Shown here one piece after another: positions 13,411-24,653 of a DNA stretch of 64,000 nt. How positions within the stretch are numbered: position 1 is the first letter of the stretch; each line of letters opens with the position of its first letter. A model generated the notes under the pieces. It searched no databases, was not told where the DNA came from, and worked only from the letters and a program-made list of their open reading frames with translations. Location of the stretch: positions 28,411,688 to 28,475,687 of the forward strand of contig NC_068991.1 of the NCBI RefSeq assembly GCF_001194135.2, in the 5' to 3' direction. The stretch comes from Octopus bimaculoides. Taxonomy: Eukaryota. The translations under genes and the position numbers were made by a program.

Positions 13411-14336
13411 TATTGCTTAGGCATTGTGAGACTAATAACCTGGTGTAGAACTCTACATACATATGCTTCAGAATGAAGTGTTAGACAAGTATAGAATGGT
13501 ACTAAGAAAATGAGACGACAAAGGAAAAAACAATTATGTTATGAACTTCATTTACTTATAGTTGTTTGTATGAGATGCAGTGGACTGAGTACCTGAATAA
13601 CACTTTATAGCTTCATTGGAGCCTCAAGTATGAAGTACAATTTACTTAGGGAAAAAATTACATTTGAGCATATAAGTATGTATAACAGGCTTCTTTTAGT
13701 TTTCATCTACCAAATCCACTCACAAGGCTTTGGTTGGCCCAGGGTTATATTAGAAGGCACTTGCCCAAGGTACCGTTCAGTGAGACTGAACCTAAAATCA
13801 TGTGATTGGGAAGCAAACTTCTTAACTACACTAACATGCCTGCACACTAAACATTTCACATCCTGCAAAGCATGTTCATCTCATTTCTTGCTGGTCTTCA
13901 TTCATCCCCTGCATCTCTGCATCTAATACCCATGTTTCACTTGCATAAAATGCTGCATTTCCAACATAAGCATCATGCAATGTATCCTTCACACGGTGAG
14001 AAAACTTTGTTGTTACCAGCAGAGATAATAACTGCTTAAACTCCACAATTCTTTTCTTACTCCAAGTATACTTTCAGAGAACTCCCCACTTGTACTATTT
14101 TTATCAACTGATACTGGAAGCTATCAAAAACTTCTACACAATTCTCTGAACATTTGAAAGAATTTATTTCATGGGTACTCATACTATTAACTATTCCTGT
14201 GTATTTGCTTTATATATGAAATTCTTTGTATTCTCATCTATTTGACCCAGAAGTAATGCAGAGAATATTGCTTACAATAAAAAGATGTTTCTGGTAATTT
14301 TTCTTCAAGAACTTATCATATTCCTTCATTTTACAG

Positions 14337-14387
14337 ATGTGGCTACAGTAGTATGTGGAGCTCAAAATGAACCAATATGGAAATTAA
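14337..14387 (+). promoter_or_regulatory. 5'UTR segment with three upstream ORFs
   Basis: ATG..TAG 14337-14351, ATG..TGA 14353-14370, ATG..TAA 14367-14387 (overlaps the main ATG out of frame). Confidence 0.6.
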
Positions 14388-14497
14388 CTTACCAATCTTT
14401 AAGAAACCAAAGATAGAAGACAATGGGGAATCAATTTCCAGCAGTGAAACAACTGTGCCAGACCAGACCAAGAAATATGTGACCCAAGTATTCCTAA
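14377..14497 (+). CDS. Cipc: CIPC-like gene, first coding exon (MEINLPIFKKPKIEDNGESISSSETTVPDQTKKYVTQVFL-)
   Basis: Acceptor ttcattttacag|A at 14336/14337; ATG at 14377 preceded by in-frame TGA (14368-14370); donor AA|gtaagc at 14497/14498; 121 nt, phase 1, joins the next exon in frame. Confidence 0.7.
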
Positions 14498-14522
14498 GTA
14501 AGCTTGTTGTCATTATTGTAGT

Positions 14523-14650
14523 GTGAAGATGTGTGACTGAGTGGTTAGAGTGTTTGGTTCACAATCATGATGTGGTTCAATTGCTGGTTTAGACAGTGTG
14601 CCCTTGAACGAGGCATTTTATTTCACATTGATTGATCCAGTATATTCTCT
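14523..14650 (+). mobile_element. tRNA-derived SINE family C (head gtgaagg..gtggttagag...cttgagcaagacactttatttcac)
   Basis: A/B-box-like head. Other copies: 19692-20018(-), 25030-25262(+), 25280-25390(+), 42552-42904(-). Confidence 0.7.
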
Positions 14651-14830
14651 CCCCATCCAGTTGCAAAATCTTCAGTATCTATTGAACTGAGGGTAGGAGA
14701 TCCAAGAGCATGCCTGTGTGCTAGCAATTACATGAGCACCTAAAATAGTTAGAAAAAGCATGGTAGTACATTAGCACCAGGACATACCCTCTTGTGAGTA
14801 ATGACTGGCTGGACCTTCTTCTTCTTTTTC

Positions 14831-14868
<38 letters not shown>

Positions 14869-15190
14869 AGTAGTAGTAGTAGTAGTAACAGCAGCAGCAG
14901 TTGTTGTTGTTGATTAGATGATGAATCAGTAGAAATAGCAGAAAACTGGATTACATATACAATATTTAGTTTCTTCTTTCCCTCTCAATTTCAATTCTAA
15001 ATCTTTCTGGGCCAGCTTAGCTTCTTTTATGTGTTCAAAGCCACTGAAATAAGTGCCTGTTATATACTGAGGTCTATACAATCGACAACACCTATTGCCA
15101 ACAGATTTGTGACATTGATATAGTCCTTACAAAAATATAGAAAATTAATTATTGTTGTTGTTGTTGTTGGGGATGCTGAAGATGGTGAAA

Positions 15191-15223
15191 CTGATGAAGT
15201 CTAATAGACTGAAACATATTGTC
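15191..15223 (+). ncRNA. Minimal type I hammerhead-ribozyme-like motif
   Basis: CTGATGA-AGTCT aat AGACT-GAAAC-atatt-GTC: full catalytic core, 5-bp stem II, minimal stem III; stem I imperfect. Confidence 0.6.
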
Positions 15224-15271
15224 CATGGTTGTCCCCCAACCCTTGACTACTAACAAAGATCAAACATTCTT

Positions 15272-15725
15272 CATCATCATCATCATCATTTAACGTCCAT
15301 TGTCTGTGCTGGCATGGATTGGATGGTTTGACCAGAGGTGGCAAGCTGGAGAGCTGCACCAGGTTCCAGTTTGATTAGGCATGATTTTCACAGCTGAATG
15401 CCCTTCCTAATGCCAGCCACTTTACAGTATGTGCTGGGTGCTTTTATGCGGCAGCAGCACAAGTGTATTTTATGTGACATCAGTACAGGATGCTTGCAGA
15501 TCACTCCTCTTCACCAGGAGGAGCGGCCTTAACACTTATGCTGTGGAGTATGGGTATTCTTGAGTACAGCAAGGCACCTAGTATCTCAGTCCTTTGTCCG
15601 ATATCTTCTTGGATTTCCCTCTTCCACATGTTCCATCTACTTTGATAGAATGGCTCTTCTTTATGGAGCTGTTGGCATCCATCTGCATCACATGACCAAA
15701 CCAGCACAGTCTTCTCTCTCAATAT
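15272..15725 (-). mobile_element. Degenerate RTE LINE 3' fragment
   Basis: (CAT)n tail, RTE-type 3'UTR and a frameshifted RRLxWxGHVMRMD...GTCGRG-type C-terminus on -. Similar tails at 17425-17750, 22980-23260 and 59440-59650 (-), and 38740-38940 (+). Confidence 0.75.
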
Positions 15726-17218
15726 ACTAACACTCTGTCGAACATGTACACATCCGGTGGAGCATACAGCCTTATTCCTTTTTATAAACCTTCTTTAAAC
15801 ATTCCTTCTTAAACATGTAAATTAACTGAGAGAATAATTCATTTTTTTGAAATTATCTCCCCTTTACTTTGAGTGTCACTAACAATGGCTTTCTTCTATT
15901 AAGAGGGGATTTTCAATAAATAAATAATTCTTTTTTTTTTACATACATCATTCAGTACATCACCCTTTAATTTATTTATTGAACTTCTTGTCATTGACCC
16001 AATGCCACATTTTTATTTTATAATCATTTAAATTAACACTGCCCAAAATTATTCCTAATTCTTTTCTTTTCTTTTTTTCTGTCCATAAAAATCATTGGGA
16101 ACTGATCAAAGCAGACTTGAGTACACTAAACTATGCTAATAAGGTACAATTATACAAATATATATATATATAGTTGTCCACCTTGCAAACATATATACCT
16201 TTCCCTTAACCTTATGCACTTTGGGAGATAAATTCTTCACTTGAAATTATTTCCCCTTTGTATTGAACTCTCTAACAATTACAGCTAGGTATGTTTGTTT
16301 TATGTCTCCAATTACGAAAAAAACTTCAATTAAAAGTTATTTTTGCAAGCAACATTTAGTACATCACCCTCCTAAGTTATTCCCCTACCTAAATATTTCA
16401 GTTTCCCTTATCAGATACTTTAGTTTCTTGTTTCACAGTTCTGGTTTCAAATCTCACTAGAATCCCCTTTCCTTCTGCTTTAAAACATATAAGACTATTA
16501 GCAATAGTAAATAATTAATCAACTTTATCTCACTCTTTCTCTCTTTGAAATTATGAAAGATTACAGAGCTTAACAAAGTAAACCATTATTGTTGTTGTTG
16601 CTCTTGAAGGTTTCTGCCTACTATTTGGGTGCTGAACTCCCAATCATGTGCTTGTGAGTTCAATTCCTGATGCATTGTTTCCTTAAGTAAGACACTTCAC
16701 TTCATACTGGTCCAGTTTACTTGGCAATAACGAATGCCAGTCAAATGCCAGTTCAGTCTTCTCTCCCTCCCACTGTCACATCCCTTGTAATATTTGTTCC
16801 AACAATGTGCTATACTATAGCCTCAGGCTGACCAAAGCCTTGTGGGTGGATTTGGTAGACGGAAACTGAAAGAAGTTCATCGTATATATTTATGTATATA
16901 TATATATATATATNNNNNNNNNNNNNNNNNNNNNNNNNNNNNNNNNNNNNNNNNNNNNNNNNNNNNNNNNNNNNNNNNNNNNNNNNNNNNNNNNNNNNNN
17001 NNNNNNNNNNNNNNNNNNNNNNNNNNNNNNNNNNNNNNNNNNNNNNNNNNNNNNNNNNNNNNNNNNNNNNNNNNNNNNNNNNNNNNNNNNNNNNNNNNNN
17101 NNNNNNNNNNNNNNNNNNNNNNNNNNNNNNNNNNNNNNNNNNNNNNNNNNNNNNNNNNNNNNNNNNNNNNNNNNNNNNNNNNNNNNNNNNNNNNNNNNNN
17201 NNNNNNNNNNNNNNNNNN

Positions 17219-17261
<43 letters not shown>

Positions 17262-18243
17262 CAGGTTTCTTTCAGCTTCCATCTTCCTGATCTTCTCTCA
17301 AGAGTTTGGTTGATTTAGAATCATTGTAGTAGAGGATATTTGCTCAAGATTCCATGCTGTGAGACTGAATCCAAGATTACATGGTTGGGAAGCAAACTTC
17401 TTAGCCATACAGTAATGGCCACACATGTCATCATCATTATCATCATTTAACGTCTGGTTTAACTGAGGTCTGGTAAGCCAGCGGCTGCACTAGGCTCCAA
17501 TCGGATCTGGCAATGTTTCTACAGCTGGATGCCTTTTCTAATACCAACCACTTCAAGAGTGTAGTGGGTGCTTTTTACATGCCACTGGTGCAGGAGCCAG
17601 TTAAGTGGGCTTGGCATCGATCACGTTCAGGTACTGCTTTTTACGTGCCACCGGGACAGGGACCAGTCAGCAGGTACTGGCATCGGCCACGTTCGGGTGG
17701 TGCTTTTTATGTGCCACCGGCATGGGAGCCAGTTAGGGGATGATTTTATCATTTGCACAGTGTTACACCAGGGGTTTGGTAGAATCATTAGAGTATCAGA
17801 CAACATGCCTAGAGATATTTTCTCCTGACACTTTGGATTCTGAATACAAATCCCACAGATCAACTTTGCTTTTCATCTTTTTGGGAGGTGGCGGGGATGG
17901 GCAATAGAATATAGTACCAGTTAAATACTGTTGTTAAAGTAATCAACTAATCTTCTTCATCATTTAAGGGCTGCCTTCCACGCTGGCATGGGTTGGACAG
18001 TTCAACAGAAGCTGGCAAGCCAGCGGACTGCACCAAGCTCCACTGTCTGTTTTGACATGGTTTTTATGACTGATGCTTTTCCTAGCAGCATTTCGTCTGT
18101 CTTTACATTCAAATTCCACCGAGGTTGACTTTGCCGGTCATCCTTTAGGGGTCAATAAAATAAGTACCAGTTGAGTACTGGGTTCGATGTAATTGACTTA
18201 CCCCCCACCTCAAATTCAGGCCTTGTGCCTATAACAGGAAGGC

Positions 18244-18288
<45 letters not shown>

Positions 18289-18794
18289 GGAGTAGGAGTA
18301 GTAGTAGTAGTTGTTTCTAAAAACATCAACCATATTTTGTTTTTGTCTTGTAGTTCCCCCAGTAAGCCAGTATAAACCACACAAAAGTCGGCGAACACGA
18401 TTAAAATACAGCCTGGGACCTGACCGTTCTACATCTGGTTCTTGTGGCAGTGGCATCACACAGTCTGCATTTGTTGGTAAGTTGAGGAGCACCTTTACAT
18501 TTTACTGTTTTATATATATAATCTCGTTCTTTGACAGTGGCATCACACAGTCTGCATATATGTGTATATGCATATGTGTATATTTTCACACCTTCACACC
18601 TACATACACACATGCATACGTTAAGATCACCAGCATTCTCTCACATACACGCACCTTCTCAACTTGGGTTCACCACTTCTTTGTTATCTCCCCTTTTTCT
18701 TAGCTCTCCTGTGTGATCCTTCTGTCCGGCATTCGCCATGATAGATCGCTGACCACTACATTTATATTTTTTTCTCCTTGTTTTTTTCGGTGTT

Positions 18795-18836
18795 CCTTTC
18801 AGTTGAAGAGTGTAGGCGCGAAACGTTAAAGACTTT
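18795..18836 (+). ncRNA. Degenerate minimal hammerhead-like motif in a Penelope-type repeat (about 18690-18925)
   Basis: ctttc-agTTGAAGAG-tgtagg-CGC-GAAAC-GT-ta-aagac: TGAAGA/GAAAC core, palindromic ACGT stem III, cttt/aaag stem I; C3 altered and stem II mismatched. Confidence 0.4.
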
Positions 18837-18921
18837 CTCTATTCCTGAGCATTATACTAATACATCCATTTGTTGTTTACACCACCTATCTTTGTCTGTT
18901 GTTTTTTTCGTAAATTCTCCC

Positions 18922-18953
<32 letters not shown>

Positions 18954-19291
18954 ATCATATATGTATATGTATATATACATATGTATGTATTTTGTGGTAT
19001 ATATATTATATAAATATGTGCTGTTACACACATACACACACACACTTACATACACATACACACAAATACTCACACATTTACATTGACATATAACTGCAGA
19101 TATTACTGGTACGCAGTGGACTGGAATGGCATAGGAAGTAATAAAATGATAAATTACACAAATATCTCTGCAACTATTGATAATAATTTATTGTTATTAC
19201 TCATCCATGTTCCATTAACTTACAAGTTTCTAGTCAATTTTCTGTGTATTTTTTGCCAAATGTTTTGTTTTTCTTTTGCTTCTTCTGACAG

Positions 19292-19350
19292 GAAAAACCG
19301 ATAATTGTGAGAAGGAATCAAAAAAGTCACAGAATGATGGAACAATATCT
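19292..19350 (+). CDS. Cipc: CIPC-like gene, second coding exon (59 nt; -RKTDNCEKESKKSQNDGTIS)
   Basis: Polypyrimidine tract + tctgacag|G acceptor; TCT|gtaagt donor; phase 1 to phase 0, stop-free, bridges the flanking exons in frame. Confidence 0.72.
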
Positions 19351-21263
19351 GTAAGTAATAAATTAATATACATACTTAAAACTGCCTTGGATTAAAATTA
19401 CAATGTGTATAATGTGTATTGTGTTTTGAACAAAAAGAATAGCACTAACTGTAATGTTTTGTCTCATACAAACTTCTTAAAGAGATTTGTATGATGAAAA
19501 AAAGTATTCTTAGTAATTTCAATACTTTTCTTCATCCTGACATTGTGTAAAACAGTGATTCCCACTGATGGGGCATACACTCACCAGTGAAGTTTGGGAT
19601 CTAAAATTTCTTTTCTTTTACTTTTTAGTGGGACATGGTATTGTGAAAATCTTTTTTTGTTAATCAATAATGTACATTTTTTTGTACACACTCACTGGCA
19701 CTCCATTGGTTACGATGACAAGAGTTCCAGTTGATTTGATCAACAGAATGGCCTGCTCATGAAATTGACATACAAGTGACTGAGCAATCCACAGACATGT
19801 GTACCCTTAATGTAGTTCTCAGGGAGATTCAGTATGACACAGAATGTGACAAAGTTGGCCCTCTGAAATACAAGTACTCTCCTTTTAGCCAGCTTAGTAA
19901 ACTGGGGCAACATGAAATAAAGTGTCTTGCTCAAGGATGCAACACACTGCCAGAAATTGAACTCACAACCTTACAATCATGAGCCAAATACCCAGACCAC
20001 TAAGCCACATGCCTTCACATATTTTGTACTCAATAAGAGTTACTGGTAGAGTATTTTGTATTAAATAATTGTGATAAAATATTTAAAATAAAGTTGTTTT
20101 TTTTTGTTTTCCAATTACTGGTGGGGCATATATTTTTCTGGAAAGTTGTAGTGAGGCCTGTAGGGAAATAGGTTAGGAAACACTGGTGTACAAGTTGCAA
20201 ACAAATGTTACCATCATATGTGCAATATCATTTGTTGCAATCTTCCTTGAAACCATGTCCAGCCATTGTGCTTTTTGTGTATGGAGAACCTGTGGAAATA
20301 ATATTACGTTATTTAAAAGCAGTTGAGGGTTGTGGACAGAAAGATCATCTGACTACAGAAAATTTGCTTCAGTGATTTCTTAGGTACATAGCCTCACATT
20401 TGATGAGAGAGAGATACAGTTAATAATATCAACCCCAGTATTTGACCAACGCTATATTTTATTGACCCTGGAAAGATGAAAGGTGAAGTCGATTTTTGTG
20501 GAATTTGAACTCAGAACATGAAGCACTGTAACTAAATACTAGGTATTTTGTCTGATGCTTTAATGATTCTGCTAATCTGCCATCTTTTATTCCACTGTAA
20601 TATTATGGCTTTTACTTTCTTTTTATTGGTTAGTCAGAAGTAAGAATAGTACACTTGATCTTTTTTTAGGGCCTCCAAGATTGGTGGGAGCAGGGTGGGA
20701 GTCATATGTCCTCAAACTGAAGACTTGGTTCAAATACTTGCAGCAAAATGGACTCTGCTAAAGGCATCCAAATTTGCTAGGTGGTAGGGTTAAATGCGAC
20801 AAATAATTAAGTCTACTGCCTAAATAGGCCGCAGCAAGATTTGTACTCAAAATTCAAAGAACTGGAACAAATACCACAAACCATCTTATCCAAGGCACTA
20901 ACACTTCCATCAGTCCACAGTCATAAACTAGTATTTTATTTACTGAATCAAAAAGAATGAAAGGCAATGTTGAACTTGGATTGTAAAGGGACATAACTAA
21001 ATATTACATGGTTTTAGATGCAGGCATGGCTGTGTGGTCAAGTTGTTTTGCTTTTCAACATCATGGTCTTGGTGTCAGTCCCACTGTGTGCCATCTTGGT
21101 CGAGTGTCCACTACTGCCCCAGATTGACTAATGCCTTGCAAGTGGTTATGGTAAATGGAAACTGAAAGAAGCCCATCGTGTGTGTGTGTGTGTGTACATG
21201 TATATATATAAAATCATAAATGACAGAAATAGTTTGACGAAATTTTATGTAACAATAAAATAA

Positions 21264-22622
21264 TCTTAATATATAAAGCTGAATTTGTGTGTCTGTGTGA
21301 AGCCTTTTTAAAAGTGTATAAAAATCCACATTTTCCACTTTTTCATAAAAATTTTCTATGCATATATTATTTATTATGTAGATTCCGAATATACAAAAAT
21401 TTTCGGTGAAAGTGTTTTGGGAGGTGGGTGGAGGATAATTTTCGGAAATTCCACTTAAATTCCTCTTAACTTCCAGGAAAATGAATATTTTTTCGTGAAA
21501 TTTTCTACAAATATACCTTGATGTATGTACATTTCAAGCATGTATGAATTTTGAAGGAAACAACTGCAGGTTATTTTTGAGAAGTGTTCCCCNNNNNNNN
21601 NNNNNNNNNNNNNNNNNNNNNNNNNNNNNNNNNNNNNNNNNNNNNNNNNNNNNNNNNNNNNNNNNNNNNNNNNNNNNNNNNNNNNNNNNNNNNNNNNNNN
21701 NNNNNNNNNNNNNNNNNNNNNNNNNNNNNNNNNNNNNNNNNNNNNNNNNNNNNNNNNNNNNNNNNNNNNNNNNNNNNNNNNNNNNNNNNNNNNNNNNNNN
21801 NNNNNNNNNNNNNNNNNNNNNNNNNNNNNNNNNNNNNNNNNNNNNNNNNNNNNNNNNNNNNNNNNNNNNNNNNNNNNNNNNNNNNNNNNNNNNNNNNNNN
21901 NNNNNNNNNNNNNNNNNNNNNNNNNNNNNNNNNNNNNNNNNNNNNNNNNNNNNNNNNNNNNNNNNNNNNNNNNNNNNNNNNNNNNNNNNNNNNNNNNNNN
22001 NNNNNNNNNNNNNNNNNNNNNNNNNGTTAATCTGAAAAATTACAGATATGTGAAAAGTACCGACCTTGATATCTATTATAACTTTTGTTGTTCTGTTTAA
22101 TATATACATAGATTATGCCTCCAAAGAAGAGAGTTTGCTGGGGAAAGACAGCAACAGGTTTAAAATGACAGCAACAGACTGCAGCAATTCACCACATTCC
22201 AGAAGCTACTTTGAACATAATGCAAAATGGTGCATCAACATCTTCTGCCCAATCTGATAGAATTCTGGCAAAACTGTGTAGCAACAGATCGCCAGCAATT
22301 GCTTCATCACAAATTGCCAGCCTAGCTCCTGCTAAAAGGGATTACCCTGTTATGTATAATCAGGGCAGCGTAAAAAGTTGTTTTGCACAAGCATTTCTAT
22401 AGCCAATTAGACGGATGAAATTTACGTACGCTTAATAATTTTACGCAAAACAGCCTTCAGACTTTCCCTATTAATTTCATCGTCTTTTGAATTATGAACA
22501 TATTTACATCATAAGGGTTTTTTTGTTGTAAGGCTTTCTTTTTTAGTTGATTTTCACCTAGCAAGACTTATCGTAGATGGCGTTATAAGTCACACTCGGA
22601 CAAGGTCGGGTTATACTGCTAG
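21264..22622 (+). mobile_element. Non-autonomous Helitron (spans gap 21593-22025)
   Basis: A|TC start (tcttaatatataaagctg); end ctcggacaaggtcggg hairpin-ttatactg-CTAG|T; contains an interrupted ORF at 22115-22402. Continuity across the gap is assumed. Confidence 0.6.
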
Positions 22623-22631
22623 TTCTAATAT

Positions 22632-22916
22632 AAAACAATTGCAGTGTGGAAGGTGTTTTTAAGCCATTTAAAAACACACAAAAACCGTTAGATTCACTTC
22701 ACAATTTAAATTTATTTTGCCAAAATATTTTCATCAACTTGAAACCGCAACGTAACCACTGACAAAATTCCAATGCAGCACGGAATTTTGTCAGTAATCA
22801 GGACGCTGTCTCAAGGTGATGAAAATATTTTGGCAAATTTAAATGTTGAAGTGAATCTAACGGTTTTTGTGCGTTTTTAAATGGCTTATAAACACCTTCC
22901 ACACTGCAATTGTTTT
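22632..22916. repeat. 285-bp near-perfect inverted repeat (foldback)
   Basis: aaaacaattgcagtgtggaaggtgttt...ctgacaaaattc / gaattttgtcag...aaacaccttccacactgcaattgtttt with a loop of about 12 nt. Confidence 0.92.
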
Positions 22917-24169
22917 CGTTTCAGTACACGATCTCAAATCAGGTCACTTGCTATGCAAGTACATCTCCGTACATGTCATTCATCATCATTACCGTCATCA
23001 TTTAATGTCAGTTTTCGTAGCAAGGCCAGTGGTTGCACCAGGCCCCATTGTCTATTCTGGCATGGTTTCTATGGTTTGATGCCCTTCTTAGCGCCAACTG
23101 CTCCATAGAGTGTACTGAGTGCTTTTAGCATGACACTTGCACAAGTGCTTTTTAAGTGGCACCAACACTGATATCAATTCTGCTGTGGTGGATGGGTCTT
23201 CTTGAGTACAGCAATGATCCAGATATATTGGTCCCTAGGCTCTGTGTCTTGAGATTGGCCTTCAAGATATATATATATATATCTTTGCATGTATTTATGT
23301 ATGAGTATGCATGAGTGTGTGTGTATTTCCTTGTCTTTGCATTGGGTGTGAGTTGTAAACAAATGTGACCATCATATATGTGGTTGCAATCTTCCTTGAA
23401 CTCATGTTCTGCCATCAAGCGTTTCATATCTGGAGAACCTGAAGAAATATTGTGTTATTTAAAACCAGAAACAGGTGAGGTTGGTGACAGGAAGAACATC
23501 TGGTTGTAGAAAGTCTGCTTCAATAAATTTTGTAAAACCCATGCAAGTATGGAAAAGTGGACGTTGAAATGATGGACATGCAATAACAATGATATGTCTG
23601 ACAGTTGCGATTCTTTCTGCCCTCATTTACCATTATTATGATCTGTGACATATTACTGTTATTACTGTAGTTTCTAACACAGGTAGTGTTTTTTTACCTT
23701 TAATTAAGGAAAAAAAGGAAGAAGAGATTGTTGGAGGTTGGCAAGAGGCAAAGACATTATTCTGCTTAGCGAAGGCATCTGGGAAATATATAACTGCTGT
23801 CATTCGCAGAAAAACTAGTTTTACTGTGAGAAAAGCGCTGTTGAAGTGTTAAGTGAAATTTTGCAATCGAGGATCGAATCCACGCTATGCCTGCATGAAG
23901 CCACTACAAATACGTTGTGGAATAAAAAATTTATCTACTGTCATGGAAAAAGTGTAACTGTAAAAATGCAGAATTATTGGAGTAATGGGCATTCAAAAAA
24001 GTTTGTATGTATAGAAATGTATGAATGAAGACTTTAAGGTTTAAGATTCAAATTAAAGAAGTGCAGTAATAATAATGTTAAGCAGTTTAAAGCTGTGAGT
24101 AGTGAAATGCAGAATTAGGTCAGCTGATCGTGAGAATTAAATATTGATCGCTTTGCTAAAATCTGCATG

Positions 24170-24653
24170 TGGTATGGGTTATTTCCCTTGGGTTGTTTAA
24201 ATAAAATATTAGTAATATGTAGTAGATAGAAGGATCCATTGGAAGGGCCCTATTATCAGTTTTTTTACAACAATCTAAGTATGTCCACGAAGTTTCCCGA
24301 CATGAGTTCTACTCACATGTCAAATAAAGTATAAAAGTGATATTGTCTGCAAAAATTAGAAATAGGACATACAAAAAATCAATATTCAAAGTAATCGAAC
24401 ATAAGCAATGAAATGGGTTATTTCCCTTGAGTGTTTTAAAAAGTTAGTTTTTTTTTAGGTAGATATAAAGGTCCCTTCCAGGGGCCATATTATCGATTTT
24501 TTTTCAACAATTTAAGTATGTCATGAGGTTTCCAGACATGAGTTCTACTCACGTGTCAAATTTCATCAAAATTAATAAAACGATGTAGGAGGAGTTAGCT
24601 AACAACACCACAAACACACACACACACACACCAATTTCCACATATGTAGTAGA
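24170..24653 (-). mobile_element. Helitron 5' region (same family as 12525-13410) with internal tandem duplication
   Basis: A|TC terminus at 24653; atgggttatttcccttg...catgagttctactca block present twice (about 24173 and 24413); 3' end not located. Confidence 0.7.
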
